A stretch of 62,987 nt of DNA, the filler included, from Hyphochytrium catenoides (Eukaryota > Protista > Hyphochytriomycota): assembly GCA_900088475.1 (NCBI GenBank). It is 8 parts of 8 records of this genome, joined end to end, with 100 filler letters (N's around TTAATTAATTAA, not from the genome) between each part and the next. Parts side by side here need not be neighbours in the genome. Positions count along the whole stretch, not along the records: positions 1 to 17,592 come from FLMG01003773.1; positions 17,693 to 22,759 come from FLMG01003033.1; 6 more parts are not named here. The stretch is one strand, 5' to 3'. Numbering within the stretch: position 1 is the first letter of the stretch; each line of letters begins with the position of its first letter. The notes below the pieces were generated by a model, which had not been told where the DNA came from, did not search any database, and was given only the letters and a program-made list of their open reading frames with translations. Positions 11,396-22,859 of the stretch are shown here, piece by piece. The position numbers and the translations under genes were made by a program.

Positions 11396-11909
11396 ACAAG
11401 CAAGATTGCCTCTCATCTTTGTTCCGTCCTAATGAGCCCGTTAGTGCGCAGCGCTGCAGCGGATCATTGCTCTGTCATCACGGGTCGGTGACAGAAGCTC
11501 GGACCGCTCTACCATTATTTGTTACACTGGCAACCTTCGTTTCAGTCGCTAGCGCCAGCCTTAGGAGGAAATAGGCAGAATAAATCCTCCTGGAGCTCAG
11601 TCGTAGAGACATCAACATCCCACGTTCATCGCTGTTTGTTAGGCTCTTAGGGTAGGAAGAAGACACTGCTGAAGAAAGAAAGGATTGGAGGACTGTCTTC
11701 CGCATCAAAACCCGCGCTATCTATTGATAAGTGCCTCTTCAACTCTCTCCTCCTACAATCCATTGTAAGGCTAATGGACTCTTCTTGATGTACTCCTGGT
11801 AGTGGGAAGAAGGAAGGGCTTCCAACCAGCAGCAGGTCTTCTTCTTCTTCGCCGCCTATCGCCTAAGTACTACTACCACTTACTTTCCTCCTCCCACCAC
11901 TGCGCAGAG

Positions 11910-12335
11910 TTTGCTGTGGTGGCTGCTGCTTCTTCTGCTAGCTGCTCCTGCTGCCAACAACGCTGCGGTGGCTGCTTCCTACTGCTGCCTGATGCTGGTG
12001 GTGGTGGTGCCGCCAGTAGTGCTGCTGCGGCTGCTGCTGCTTCTGTGTGCCGCTCTCCTTCTTGTTCCTGCTGCTCTTCTTGTTGCTTGCTGCTGCTCCT
12101 CCTGCTGCTGCTGCTCCTGCTGCTGCTGCGTGCTCCTGCTGCTGCTGCTACAGCAGCCCAACAACAGCTCCTGCTGCTTGCTGCCAATAAGACAGCCGCT
12201 TCTCCCTACTGCCTGATGCTGCTGGTGGTAGTGCTGCTGCTCCTCCTGCTGCTGCTGCTTGCTCCTGCTGCTGCTGCTTGCTGCCAACGCAGCCGCTTCT
12301 CCCTACTGCCTGATGCTGCTGCTGCTGCTGCCGCC
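11910..12335. repeat. (CTG/CAG)n tract with embedded degenerate minisatellite unit
   Basis: ctgccaa..cagccgcttctccctactgcctgatgctg recurs at ~11951 (degenerate), ~12181 and ~12282 between CTG runs. Confidence 0.85.
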
Positions 12336-12522
12336 CGACCGAGCCCAGCTTTTTCTTTGTTGACGGACGGACGACGACGAGCAAACCTCGCTTACTTTGC
12401 ATCATCATCACTCAGCTTTCCAAGAACAAGTAGAAAGCTTACGAAGCCGAAAAGCTAGCAGTAGCGTATAACAAACAGCAAGGTTGATAATATTTGACTT
12501 TGTATGGCGACTCACCTCCTGT

Positions 12523-12594
12523 GGTTCTATGGTGTAACGGTTAGCACTATGGACTCTGAATCCATCGATCCGGGTTCAAATCCCGGTAGAACCT
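12523..12594 (+). tRNA. tRNA-Gln (anticodon CTG)
   Basis: 72 nt; acceptor GGTTCTA/TAGAACC, D-arm TGGTGTAACGGTTAGCAC, anticodon stem ATGGA-CTCTGAA-TCCAT, T-arm CCGGGTTCAAATCCCGG; followed by CCA and a T6 Pol III terminator. Confidence 0.97.
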
Positions 12595-13354
12595 CCATTT
12601 TTTGGGGTTGACTTGACTCCTATTTTCAGGCTGTGTTTGTTATACGGCAAATAAATTTTATAAAAGTAACACTACTACTAAGGATAAGGTTAGTTTTACC
12701 ATGCCATAAAATACTAATATTTAGATATATTTCTCAGTTCAATAAGCCATAAAAATGCTAAAAGTTATTTCTCAATTCAATAAGGAGCTGCTTTCTTCCT
12801 TTTTTGTTCGCTGTTCTGGCCTGATGTGAGTCCTTACTAGTAGTTTTCGCTCTTGTTCTTCTTGTTTGTTGGACATTTTTCATATCTTCTGTACTAAACA
12901 GTAGTCTACTAGTGTCACACCTTTATAATCATTGCTCGTTAATAAAAGGCCACATTTCTTTTTCGAAAGAATAGATAAGGCAAGTCAATAAACAGAATAG
13001 CTAGGGCAAGTACTGCTACTTTTACTCACCCAAGTCCGTACGTATAGATTCAGTAAATTCCAAACTAGATCCATAAAAACGATCTCGTTTATTAGACTAT
13101 TCTAATAAAACCGTATATTTTCCTGTGGACTGCCTTTCTATTATATTGCACGCTTCCTCTCTTTGCTGCCCTTCTACTCCCATCTGCTCCTCTCATCCCG
13201 CCTGACTCTGAGTCCTCCTTCTTTCTGCACTGACTCTACCTCTCTTCTTCTGCGTCTTATTTGATTCTGGTTCTCTCTTCTTTATCTCTTATCAGTTTTT
13301 TATGGAAATTTGTTGGGCATTTAATTAGTTAACGCATTGGCTATGGCCCTACTA

Positions 13355-13932
13355 CGAGAAGGAGAAGAATAAGAGAAGAATGAGAAGAGGAAGAAGGGGA
13401 AGAAGAAGAAGAAAAAGAGAAAGAAGAAGATATAAGAGCTACAAAGTCCTGGGTGCTTCTTCAACACGCTCTCCTCCTCTGCCATCAATATCAAAAAAGA
13501 AGAATCATCGTTGAACTACTCTTCGGCCATAACTTTAGGGACGGAGGAGGCGAAGAAGAGGGCGTAGGGCCCGAGACCAGCAGCAGCAGCAGCACACTCG
13601 ATTAGGCAAGCAAGAGCAGGGTCCAATTGCTGAAGGAGAGGAATAGTTCTACGCTTCAGAATCTGTAGCGCATTTTCTTCATGGCCCGCGAAGAAGAGAT
13701 TTCAGGTGTAATGAAGGGTTGTGGGTTGTTCAAGCCTTTGCTAACCGACACCATTATTGACCTCCTAGAGATAGAGAAGCTTCAAGAGCAGAGGGATCAC
13801 TCTCAAGCTTCTCAACCTTCAGGATGAGGACATCCCTAGGTCATAGCACCACCACCAAAAGACTCCCATACGAGCGGCACAACCTGCAGCTCCACATCCT
13901 GACACGAACCCTCATACTTCCTCACCTTGACT
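13355..13932 (-). mobile_element. 5'-truncated CRE-clade LINE (diverged copy F)
   Basis: Minus strand reads KVRKYEGSCQDVELQVVPLVWESFGG in one frame; 3' part shares cccaggactttgtag and the TTC-rich tail with copy B. Confidence 0.75.
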
Positions 13933-14862
13933 TGCGACCTATTATTTCCAATTTTCTAAACTAATAAACAAAACGAGACCTAATAAGCTAGCAACTACTA
14001 CTTGTACTACGTAACCCTATAAGAAGCGATAGAAAAGAAGAAGAAAAAAAGGGAAAAGAGTACAAGTACAGTAGGCAACAATAGCTCCTCCTCACTATAA
14101 TCTATCCGTGGAAGTAGTCTGCCGCGAGTTACTCCTTTTAAATATATATTTTCATCATAAAAGTAATTGCTCGTTCATAAAATATTAAAATAAGAAGGAG
14201 TAATCGAAGAAAAGAAGAGAGAGAGAAGAGGAAGAAGAAGAGAAGATGAGAAAAGCAATAACGGCCTGGTCACGGCCAATTGAAAGAGTATAAATTCTAA
14301 TAACGGTGTTTTCCATAGTAATAATTAGTGAGTTCTATTGTTCTGTATAGATCTTGACTCTTCGCCTAGCCTTGCACTGCAGTAGTTGCCTTTCTCTTCT
14401 CTCTCCTAAGATGGGACTATTGTAAAACAGTAGTAGAACTATACGGAGGTTTTAGAAAAAAAGGAATAGCTGTGGAAAGAGAAAGAAGGGGCATCTTCCG
14501 CGTACTCGGAGAGTGCACTACTAAAGGATCCATCACGTGCCTTCGTCTGTTCATCGCACATAAGGAAATTTCTCCGCTATAGAACTCTAGTCTTCTGCAT
14601 AAAGAGCGCGAGGAAGTTGGCAGTTCTCCAACCCCGCCGCCTTCACTGTGGCACTATCGCTGGTGGTTTAGTCAGTAAGACGGAGAGAAGCGCGCGCTTC
14701 CTTGAGGCGGCGTGACAGTTCTTAGAAAAGTAGACGCATAAGAGTACTTACTTCCTAAGCCTAAGCAACCTCGTCCTCTGAGGAGTGTGGTTGTTCATCG
14801 TGGATGGAAGCTTGCAGCGGGAGAGCCGTAGATGCCGTCTGAGGCTGGAAAAAAAAGCAGCG

Positions 14863-16470
14863 ATGAGACAGCGGAGAATGCGATCCGCGATTTTCTTCTC
14901 GCCTTGTCTGTCTTTGTTTGCTGTACTACTACTAGTACTGCTGAGTACACGGAGATTCCCTGTCCAGGCTGGCGCAGGTTTCTCGCTTCCTCGCTATTCT
15001 AGCGACTCTTGGGTCCTAACAAATGACCCGCCGGCCAAGACACCAAGCTTCCGTTCAGATTCCTCATCAGCGACGGCAGATTCGGTTGCTTTCGGGAGGA
15101 CAAGCAGACTTCCTGCAGACCGCCCGAGAAGCCCCAAGGCTGGTGGTGATGTAGATTCTCCTGCCCCCGGATCAGAGTACTCTTCGCGTGCGCATGTCTT
15201 ATCTCTGACTTCACAGCTTCAAGACGTCTTACTGCGCTATGGTGAAGACAAGGTCATCATACCTGGGCAATCCATGCTCAGAGATATCTTTGAGTTCAAG
15301 AGAAAGGTTCAGGACTCACTAGCTGCTGCTTCTCAAGAGAAGATGGCTGAGAAGCAAAAGCAAGAAGAGCTCGGGAAGGAGCTAGCTGCCTTGGAGGATC
15401 ACGTGACACAGAGACTGATGAGCTGGGGAGGCTTTAGACGCGAAACTCTTTCCCCTGCAGCAATCGGCATACTCCGAGAGCTCCTTCCTTCCTACCTAGA
15501 TTCAAGTCTAGCTCTATTTGCAATGTCTCAGGCTGCTGATCAACGGTACGTTCTCAGAAAGGATCTTGGGGCGTACAGGACGTTTAGAGACTCTGAAAGC
15601 GTAGTAACCAATCGGGAGATAGCGCTCGAGTACCTGACAGACCCTGAGCTCGCAGGGTATAACCGGATGAACCCTATAGAGAGACTCGAGTATCGGAGGA
15701 AAACGCTTCCTTCCCCTGCCCTCGTCTGGATCTTCGACCAGGTCTATCGATCCTTGCTCAATCTCAAGCTACCGACGGAAACCGCGGAGGATGTGACATG
15801 GAGGCTCCATTATATGGAGCGGCAGCTTAACAGCCAACGTTCTCCGGTACTAGATGACCTTCTGCACCTTATGAAGCGGTGGGAGCCATGGGAGAAAGGT
15901 ACGCGCAAGGAGCTCCTCAACATCCATCCTTCCACAGACAAACAAAGTGTGAATCAGATGCTCGAGGACATGAACGTGTTTCTGAGAGAGACGGCACAGC
16001 TCATCAGGAGCACGATTGAAGATATAAAAAAGAGAAAGAGCCCGGAAAATCTGCAGAATGAAGCGACCACACGCGACAGCTTAGCTCTTCTGGAGAAAGT
16101 CGCGGCTCTTGTTGAGCTTGAGGCAGGTTTAAATGACAGGCTAAGCGTGGCATACTCGACCACCAGGGATGCACTGGAGAAATTTCAAGGGAAAGGATAT
16201 GGAAATAACCTTCTAGCAAGATGGAAAGACGAGGAAGAACGTCAGCGACGGGCGTCATTGTCACCTCAAGGCCCCAATAAGAATGAAGAAACAAGGCTCA
16301 ATGGCCTGCTGTTTCTCCATGTCTTTCTGGACGATCTTGTCTTCCCCGACCTCCATAGAATGCTGGACAGGCGAGAGAAGGCTGCTCTGCGCGGAGGCTT
16401 ATATTATAGCCCTCGGCCAGGGTGTACCTGGGACGTCCAAGCAAAGGATCTAATCTGTGGCGATGTCTGA
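14863..16470 (+). CDS. Hypothetical secreted, largely helical/coiled-coil protein
   Basis: Long intronless ORF; N-terminal hydrophobic signal (LSLFAVLLLVLLS..VQA); start ATG 14863 or 14878; no recognisable domain. Confidence 0.7.
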   Translation: MRQRRMRSAIFFSPCLSLFAVLLLVLLSTRRFPVQAGAGFSLPRYSSDSWVLTNDPPAKTPSFRSDSSSATADSVAFGRTSRLPADRPRSPKAGGDVDSPAPGSEYSSRAHVLSLTSQLQDVLLRYGEDKVIIPGQSMLRDIFEFKRKVQDSLAAASQEKMAEKQKQEELGKELAALEDHVTQRLMSWGGFRRETLSPAAIGILRELLPSYLDSSLALFAMSQAADQRYVLRKDLGAYRTFRDSESVVTNREIALEYLTDPELAGYNRMNPIERLEYRRKTLPSPALVWIFDQVYRSLLNLKLPTETAEDVTWRLHYMERQLNSQRSPVLDDLLHLMKRWEPWEKGTRKELLNIHPSTDKQSVNQMLEDMNVFLRETAQLIRSTIEDIKKRKSPENLQNEATTRDSLALLEKVAALVELEAGLNDRLSVAYSTTRDALEKFQGKGYGNNLLARWKDEEERQRRASLSPQGPNKNEETRLNGLLFLHVFLDDLVFPDLHRMLDRREKAALRGGLYYSPRPGCTWDVQAKDLICGDV

Positions 16471-16629
16471 GGGCAAGAGAGAGAGATCGTGGACCTTCTC
16501 CCGATGAGGCGACTTCATAGGTCTTGGTCTAAGGGCTAACAATCATGTTGCTTGCTTGGCTGAGAACATCAGCGTAATCATAACCCATCCCTGAAATAAG
16601 TAGAGCACAGCGTCTTGCGTGGTGGACAA

Positions 16630-17592
16630 GCTCTCTCTCTCTCTCTCTCTCTCTCTGGCTCTCTCTCTCTCTGGCTCTCTCTCTCTGGCTCTCTCTCTCT
16701 CTCTCACACACTCTCACTCTCTCTTCCTGCCCTTCTGTCTCTCTCTCTATCTGTCACTCTTTCTCTCTCTCTCCCTCTCACTAGATCAAGCTCGTTTTCT
16801 GGGCCACGCGCCTCTCTCTCTCTTTCTAGATGAAGCTCGTCGTCTAGACCACAAGCTTCTCTCTCTCTCTTTCTCCTCTTCCTCTCTTTTTCTCTCTATA
16901 TATATATTAATGCACGGAAAGCAGCGTTGGGTCCATGACTATGTGGGAGCAATGTATATGCTGCAGACGATCTATCTGTCTCGCCCTCTCACTCTCTTCT
17001 TCTTCCTCTTTTTTCGCCGCTTCCTGCTGTCTATTTTCACTCTCTGTCTCTCTCCAAGTGAGGAGAGTCAACTTCTTTCTTGGCGCTGTTAGAGGACGAG
17101 ACAACTGATGACCGGACTGCGCTCTTTCTCGGTCAGCGTCCGTCAGCAACCGTTGCCTGCTAATAAGAAGCTGATCAGGATTAGCGGGAAGGGAAATGGA
17201 ATGGAAGCACGGCTGACCTGCTCTCTCTCTCTCTCGCTCTCTCTCTTTGTTGCTCTCTCTCTCTCTCTCGTCTAATTTCGCTGCTTCTCCCTCTCTCTCT
17301 CTTTTTCTCTCTCTCTATTTCTTATTAGTTCTCTCTCTCTCTTCCTTTCTCTCTCTCTCTCTTCTTCTTCTCTCTCTCTCTCTATTTTTGCCTCCCTCTT
17401 TCTATCTGTTAGCACAATAAGGTCATCGCCTAAGCTCTATCTCGTACTTTGAAAAGAAGTCCACACTCTGTCTGCCTCTTTCTTCTATGTTTTCATTGTT
17501 GTCTATGCTTTTGCTTAAGAAAGAAGGTCAAGATGAACTTCCTCCTGGCTGTCCCTCCTCCATATGATGACTCTCTCTCTCTCTCTCTCTCT
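16630..17592. repeat. (CT)n-rich low-complexity region at contig end
   Basis: Direct inspection. Confidence 0.85.
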
Positions 17593-17692
17593 NNNNNNNN
17601 NNNNNNNNNNNNNNNNNNNNNNNNNNNNNNNNNNNNTTAATTAATTAANNNNNNNNNNNNNNNNNNNNNNNNNNNNNNNNNNNNNNNNNNNN
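17593..17692. other. Artificial contig spacer 44N-TTAATTAATTAA-44N (also 22760-22859, 26078-26177, 33726-33825, 57448-57547, 59027-59126, 61729-61828)
   Basis: Identical 100-bp structure with six-frame stop linker, seven times. Confidence 0.98.
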
Positions 17693-19508
17693 CTAGCGCC
17701 CGTCGTGGAGTCGTCCTCTCCAAAGACTAATTCTTCCGCCACTCTGCCACCCATCGCCACATCCAGCATCGATCTGAGTTCCTTTACTGTGTACGAGTCC
17801 CGATCGTACTCTGAAACTTGTGTGGTTACCCCAAGGGCGTTTCCACGTGGTATGATAGTTACCTTGTAGATGGGATTTGACCCGGGAGTCATAAGTGCAA
17901 CCAGCGCATGCCCGCACTCATGAAACGCTGTGTTCTTTAAAGAATCCGCCCTTATGACTGCCGATGTCCTAGCAGGGCCCATGAAGATCTTATCCTTAGC
18001 ATACTCAAAATGCGCCATGTTCACCTCAGAAGCCTCTTCAGCACATCCCCTAAGCGCCGCCTCATTTATCAGATTGTGGAGCTCGGCTCCTGACAGACCT
18101 GGCGTTAGCCGCGCAATGAGGTTCAGGTCGACATCCTCGGCGATAGGCAGATCCTTCGCGTAGTGTTCCAGAATCTCCAGCCGTCCTTTAACATCCGGTA
18201 AGGAAACAGCCACTTGTCGGTCGAACCTGCCAGGCCGGATAAGGGCTGCATCCAGCGTCTCAGGAAAGTTGGTAGCACCCACGACGATAACGTGGTGGGT
18301 TTGTTCAAAACCATCCATTTCAACCAGCAACTGATTCAGCGTCATCTTCAGTGCATGAATGTCGCGGGATCTTCTCGTGCCTCCCACAGCATCAATCTCG
18401 TCTAAAAATATGATACACGGAGCATTCTTCTTCGCTGCAGCAAATAGCTCCCGGACCCTCTTAGGGCCGACGCCGACGTACAGCTCGTCAAATTCAGATC
18501 CTGAAGCATAGAAAAATGGTACTCCTGCCTCTCCCGCCATTGCTCTTGCAAGCAATGTTTTGCCCGTCCCAGGAGGACCCGTCAACAGTATCCCCCGTGG
18601 TAGTCTGCCTCCAAGTTTTGCGTACTTATCTGGGTCTTTGAGGTACTGAACAATCTCAACTACTTCTGCCTTAGCTTCATCCATGCCCTTGACATCGCTA
18701 AACTTTTTATCTGATGTCATAGTGGCCGCGATTTCCATGTCCATCTTTCCTGAGAGTCTGCTGTTGCTTTCCATGGCAAGCGAAACAATGGTGACAAAGA
18801 TAAAGGCTGCAATGAACGAGCCAATCGCCATGCCAGGAATCGCCCTGAGGCCACTACTAAGTTTGACAGTGATAGCTTGTGAGCCTTGTGAAGCGTACGG
18901 AATGCCTGAGGCGGCCATCCGCGTAGCATCTTGTGAGGCTGTCAATGCACTTCGAGGGCCTTCTTCAGACATCACACGAAGTATTTCATTGAGAGATGTC
19001 CGATCCAGCTTCCCACTGCGAACAAGCGCCTTTAAATACTCCTTGATGGCCTCCTCATTCACCGCAAAGCGGTCCTGCTGAAATCGACGAAGTACAAGAG
19101 AAGGATTCTGCCGGTTCAACTCCTTGAGATACCGGACCTGTCGATACGGATCTTCTGGAAACTTGGCTGCTTCCTTTTCCAGGGCTCTTAAATGTCTTTG
19201 AGTTATCAAGGACAAGAAAGACCGGCGCTGAAGGTCTGACGTAGCTCTGTTTTGGGTAAGGCTGCCTAGAGGCGATCGCTTTATCAGGGCCAAAGAGGGC
19301 GCAATGGGTCCCGTCCTGGATGTCAAGATGCTGACATATCGCCGAGAACCAGAAGCCCCACTGCGTAGTGGCGTCAATAAACCGGATCTCATCCTGTCAC
19401 CTAAGTCAGTTGCCTATTTATTCTCTAGTGAGTCAAGGAGGCACATGCATACCATGGACATAATCTGCTCGCTGGAACGCCAGTCTTGCTAAGCGCGAAG
19501 CGCGACAT
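17693..19508 (-). CDS. YME1: Mitochondrial ATP-dependent zinc metalloprotease YME1/FtsH (3' end truncated by contig end)
   Basis: Walker A GPPGTGKT, Walker [20 protein letters not shown], zinc motif HECGH; exon 1 19453-19508 ([18 protein letters not shown]) joins in frame via GT-AG intron 19394-19452 with CTGAC branch site, giving a presequence-like N-terminus. Confidence 0.95.
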
Positions 19509-20159
19509 GGTAAACCCGGAAGTCATCGATTGTTCCACGGAGGCCAGTGTTCTGCTCCACTAGCGTCACATAAAGACACCCACCTTGGTGCCTGGCTATG
19601 CTTTCAATCTCAGATTGGCAAACCAAGCTGCAGAACGAACCCCAAAGCACTCCCCAAGATATCTGGAGAGCAATAGCAGACATCATCATCGGCTTCTTGT
19701 TGTTCCATCATCAGAGGGAGAGAACGTCGGTCAAGCTCTCAGTGTCCCACACCCCAAAGCTCCTGTCATCAAGAACACTCTCCAGCAGGAAACGCAGGGA
19801 AGCCGAACGAAGGAGGAAGACCCATCCACTCCCATATCAGAGAATCTGAGAATTGATAATCGTTAGCTTTTTCATGATTGATTATCCTTACAGGACTCTT
19901 ATGCGGACTCATCCCCAGTTCTTTCTTGCTTCTTGATGATGATGAGCGTGTCTATGGTGAGAGGGTAACACTTTCGGGGATGTTTAGTATGGAGTACAAG
20001 CGCTACTATTATGGTATCTAGGAGGAGCTGCGCTGATACTAGCACTCATCGCACCCATTCCAACGTGATCAGCTGCTGGTTGATGATAATGGTCCCTTTA
20101 TTAGCTGATGAAGTATAATTTTGCTATGGGGAATCCGTGGTACTACTTAGTACGGAGTC

Positions 20160-21270
20160 CTAATCCGTGGGCCTAGCCAGGACGATATAGTCCTCGCCAT
20201 AATAAATAGGTCCATGCGCCGCGATAAAGTTTTCTGCCTCCTTTTCTACGCTGTCAATATGGGCGGCCATAGCAGCCGCCAGTCCTCTATTCTCGAAAAG
20301 CGGAAGCTTATGCCGGGCAACATTAAGCTGTCACAGAATGTTACACAAAGCTTAGCCACGGCATGGGACTAGCCAAGGAAGTTAGGCTCAATTACCTGTC
20401 GAGTGATGGTCCACAGCTTATACACGTTGCGAAACGATTGTGTCGATATCACGAGACAGCCAGACGCTGCAAGATTCCTTTCAACCCAAGACAACGGGTA
20501 CTCTCTATAGCAGCGGTGGCCAGCCAATAAGATGGATGCGTCTCGCACTTCCACCATTTTCCGCATGATCTGGGCCCCTGGCTCATCTCGATAGCTTTCA
20601 TCGTGCAAGGGGCTCAGGCCTACAATGTAGAGGTTGCCAGCAGGCCGCAGGTGCTGTTTCAACCTCCCTAGGATCTGATCTTGCATATAGGGAGAAAAGC
20701 CATCCATTGCCCCTATTAAGTAGTCTGCTATGATGGTGTCGAATAGCTGTAGGGCGCGTGAGACTTGAAAGGTGGTAGACCTGTGTTGCTAACAGGAGTC
20801 GCTTACCTCGTCGCGAAGAAAGTTCTCATCAGCCCAGGTGCCTACAGCAATTCTTGCCTTGTCTTCGAGGATCTTTGGGTCAATCTTCCCCTCTATGGAC
20901 TGAGGCACAAAACAACCTTAGTTGCTGGTCGAGGCTTCGAGTGTACGCTTGAGGCTCACACGCTTCATCCCGCTGTCTGCTGTTACTGCTACCACCTCTG
21001 AAGCACTTAGTGTGAGGAGCCATTTTAGTGAGTGAGTGCCTGTGCCTAAAGTGGGGTGAAGCGGAAGCCTTATGAGAAATCAGCCTATCGAACGGTCCTC
21101 ACTAGGATACGTGAATTCATACCGGCATCAAGAATTCTTCCCCAAGGTTTGTCGCCTTGGAGTTTCTCTATGGCAAGGAAGAGTTTATCGGTAGTTTTCT
21201 GCAGTTGCTGGGCTCCATCTGAAGCAATACTACTACCAGCCACGCAGCCTACCGATGGCCCATTCGTCAT
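20160..21270 (-). CDS. Class I SAM-dependent methyltransferase-like protein, 5 exons
   Basis: GT-AG introns 21046-21122, 20900-20959, 20747-20806, 20328-20395 give a continuous ORF with ILDAGTGTHSLKW (motif I), FDTIIADYLIGAMDGFSPY, RCYREYP. Confidence 0.88.
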
Positions 21271-21350
21271 GGCGAATCCGCAGTCAGCCGGTTTGGCAGC
21301 AATAAACCCAGGATAAGGTCCCTTCTCACACCTGACACTATACAGATCAC

Positions 21351-22055
21351 TGACCAAAGGAAGGCTACTGAGACAGCTTAGGCCATAGCAGGCATGCGTG
21401 GTGACTAGTTGACCAGTCTCATCCAAAGAGCGTCCTCTTTGGGTCAAAGGCTTTGCTTCTATGTGATGAGTGATGAGAAGAGAAAGACACTTCTTCCTCA
21501 GTCAGAAGAAGTCTCNNNNNNNNNNNNNNNNNNNNNNNNNNNNNNNNNNNNNNNNNNNNNNNNNNNNNNNNNNNNNNNNNNNNNNNNNNNNNNNNNNNNN
21601 NNNNNNNNNNNNNNNNNNNNNNNNNNNNNNNNNNNNNNNNNNNNNNNNNNNNNNNNNNNNNNNNNNNNNNNNNNNNNNNNNNNNNNNNNNNNNNNNNNNN
21701 NNNNNNNNNNNNNNNNNNNNNNNNNNNNNNNNNNNNNNNNNNNNNNNNNNNNNNNNNNNNNNNNNNNNNNNNNNNNNNNNNNNNNNNNNNNNNNNNNNNN
21801 NNNNNNNNNNNNNNNNNNNNNNNNNNNNNNNNNNNNNNNNNNNNNNNNNNNNNNNNNNNNNNNNNNNNNNNNNNNNNNNNNNNNNNNNNNNGACCAAAAG
21901 AAGGCTACTGAGACAGCTTAGGCCATAGCAGGCATGCGTGGTGACTAGCTGACCAGTCTCATCCAAAGGGCATCCTCTTTGGGTCAAAGGCTTTGCTTCT
22001 ACGTGACCAGTGATGAGAACAGAAAGACACTTCTTCCTCAGTCAGAAGAAGTCTC
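21351..22055 (+). repeat. ~165-bp direct duplication flanking a 376-N gap
   Basis: 21351-21515 versus 21892-22055, differing at a handful of positions. Confidence 0.85.
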
Positions 22056-22859
22056 GTAGCTCAGAGCTTTTCTTCCTGAGTCGTAGACAGATGAGAAGAA
22101 TGGAGATGATGCAGATTATTATTGCGCACTTTACAGCTGTACAAATCTTTTGCCGTGTTGTAGTTGTAATGTGTGGTGTGTTAGATGTGTGTATTGCAGT
22201 CTTCCCCCTGGTACATCCTCCCCGTTTGTTCAAAAGCCTACAATTACTTGAGATTCTATGTGTGCACAGCTTCACAAGGATTGGATGGCTCTCCGCTTAC
22301 CTCAGAGCTTGCCTTCTCTTTCTGGAGCGAACAAGAGCTGCACTTTGCCAAGCAAATCCTGGCTTCATCTTCTGGAGCAGCATTCATCTAGTTTCCTCAA
22401 AGATAAAGCATCGCAGCGATTGCCTTAGTGGTGGAAGTTAAAACGGGGACAGACAGAGCGGGACCGTGCAGGTTCTTTTAGTCTTGTGCCGCGGCAGGGA
22501 TGAGGGTTTGTGCCTCTGTACCCCAATCTACTACTACTAGGAGATAGAGGGATCAGGTAATCTGATCTTGGGCGATGGCTGTTAGGCTTGGCGCTTCAGG
22601 CTTTTCGGACTGATCTCATGACTCGCAGCAGCTCTACAAATAAAGCTTTTTGTTTGGCCTACACTTATTGGCCCCAGTAAGGTCAATCAACTTCCAATCT
22701 TCCCTTTCCTACTGGTTCGCATCTGCAAAACCTCGTCGGACTCGACCGTCAGCGCTATANNNNNNNNNNNNNNNNNNNNNNNNNNNNNNNNNNNNNNNNN
22801 NNNTTAATTAATTAANNNNNNNNNNNNNNNNNNNNNNNNNNNNNNNNNNNNNNNNNNNN

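Noticed and set aside
17637-17648. Recurrent TTAATTAATTAA palindrome as a biological motif or repeat array
   Set aside because: Always centred in 44N+44N; an assembly linker with stops in six frames
21351-22055. Tandem duplication across the N gap as a real repeat
   Set aside because: The pattern is typical of overlapping haplotype ends in a scaffold gap; cannot be supported without reads
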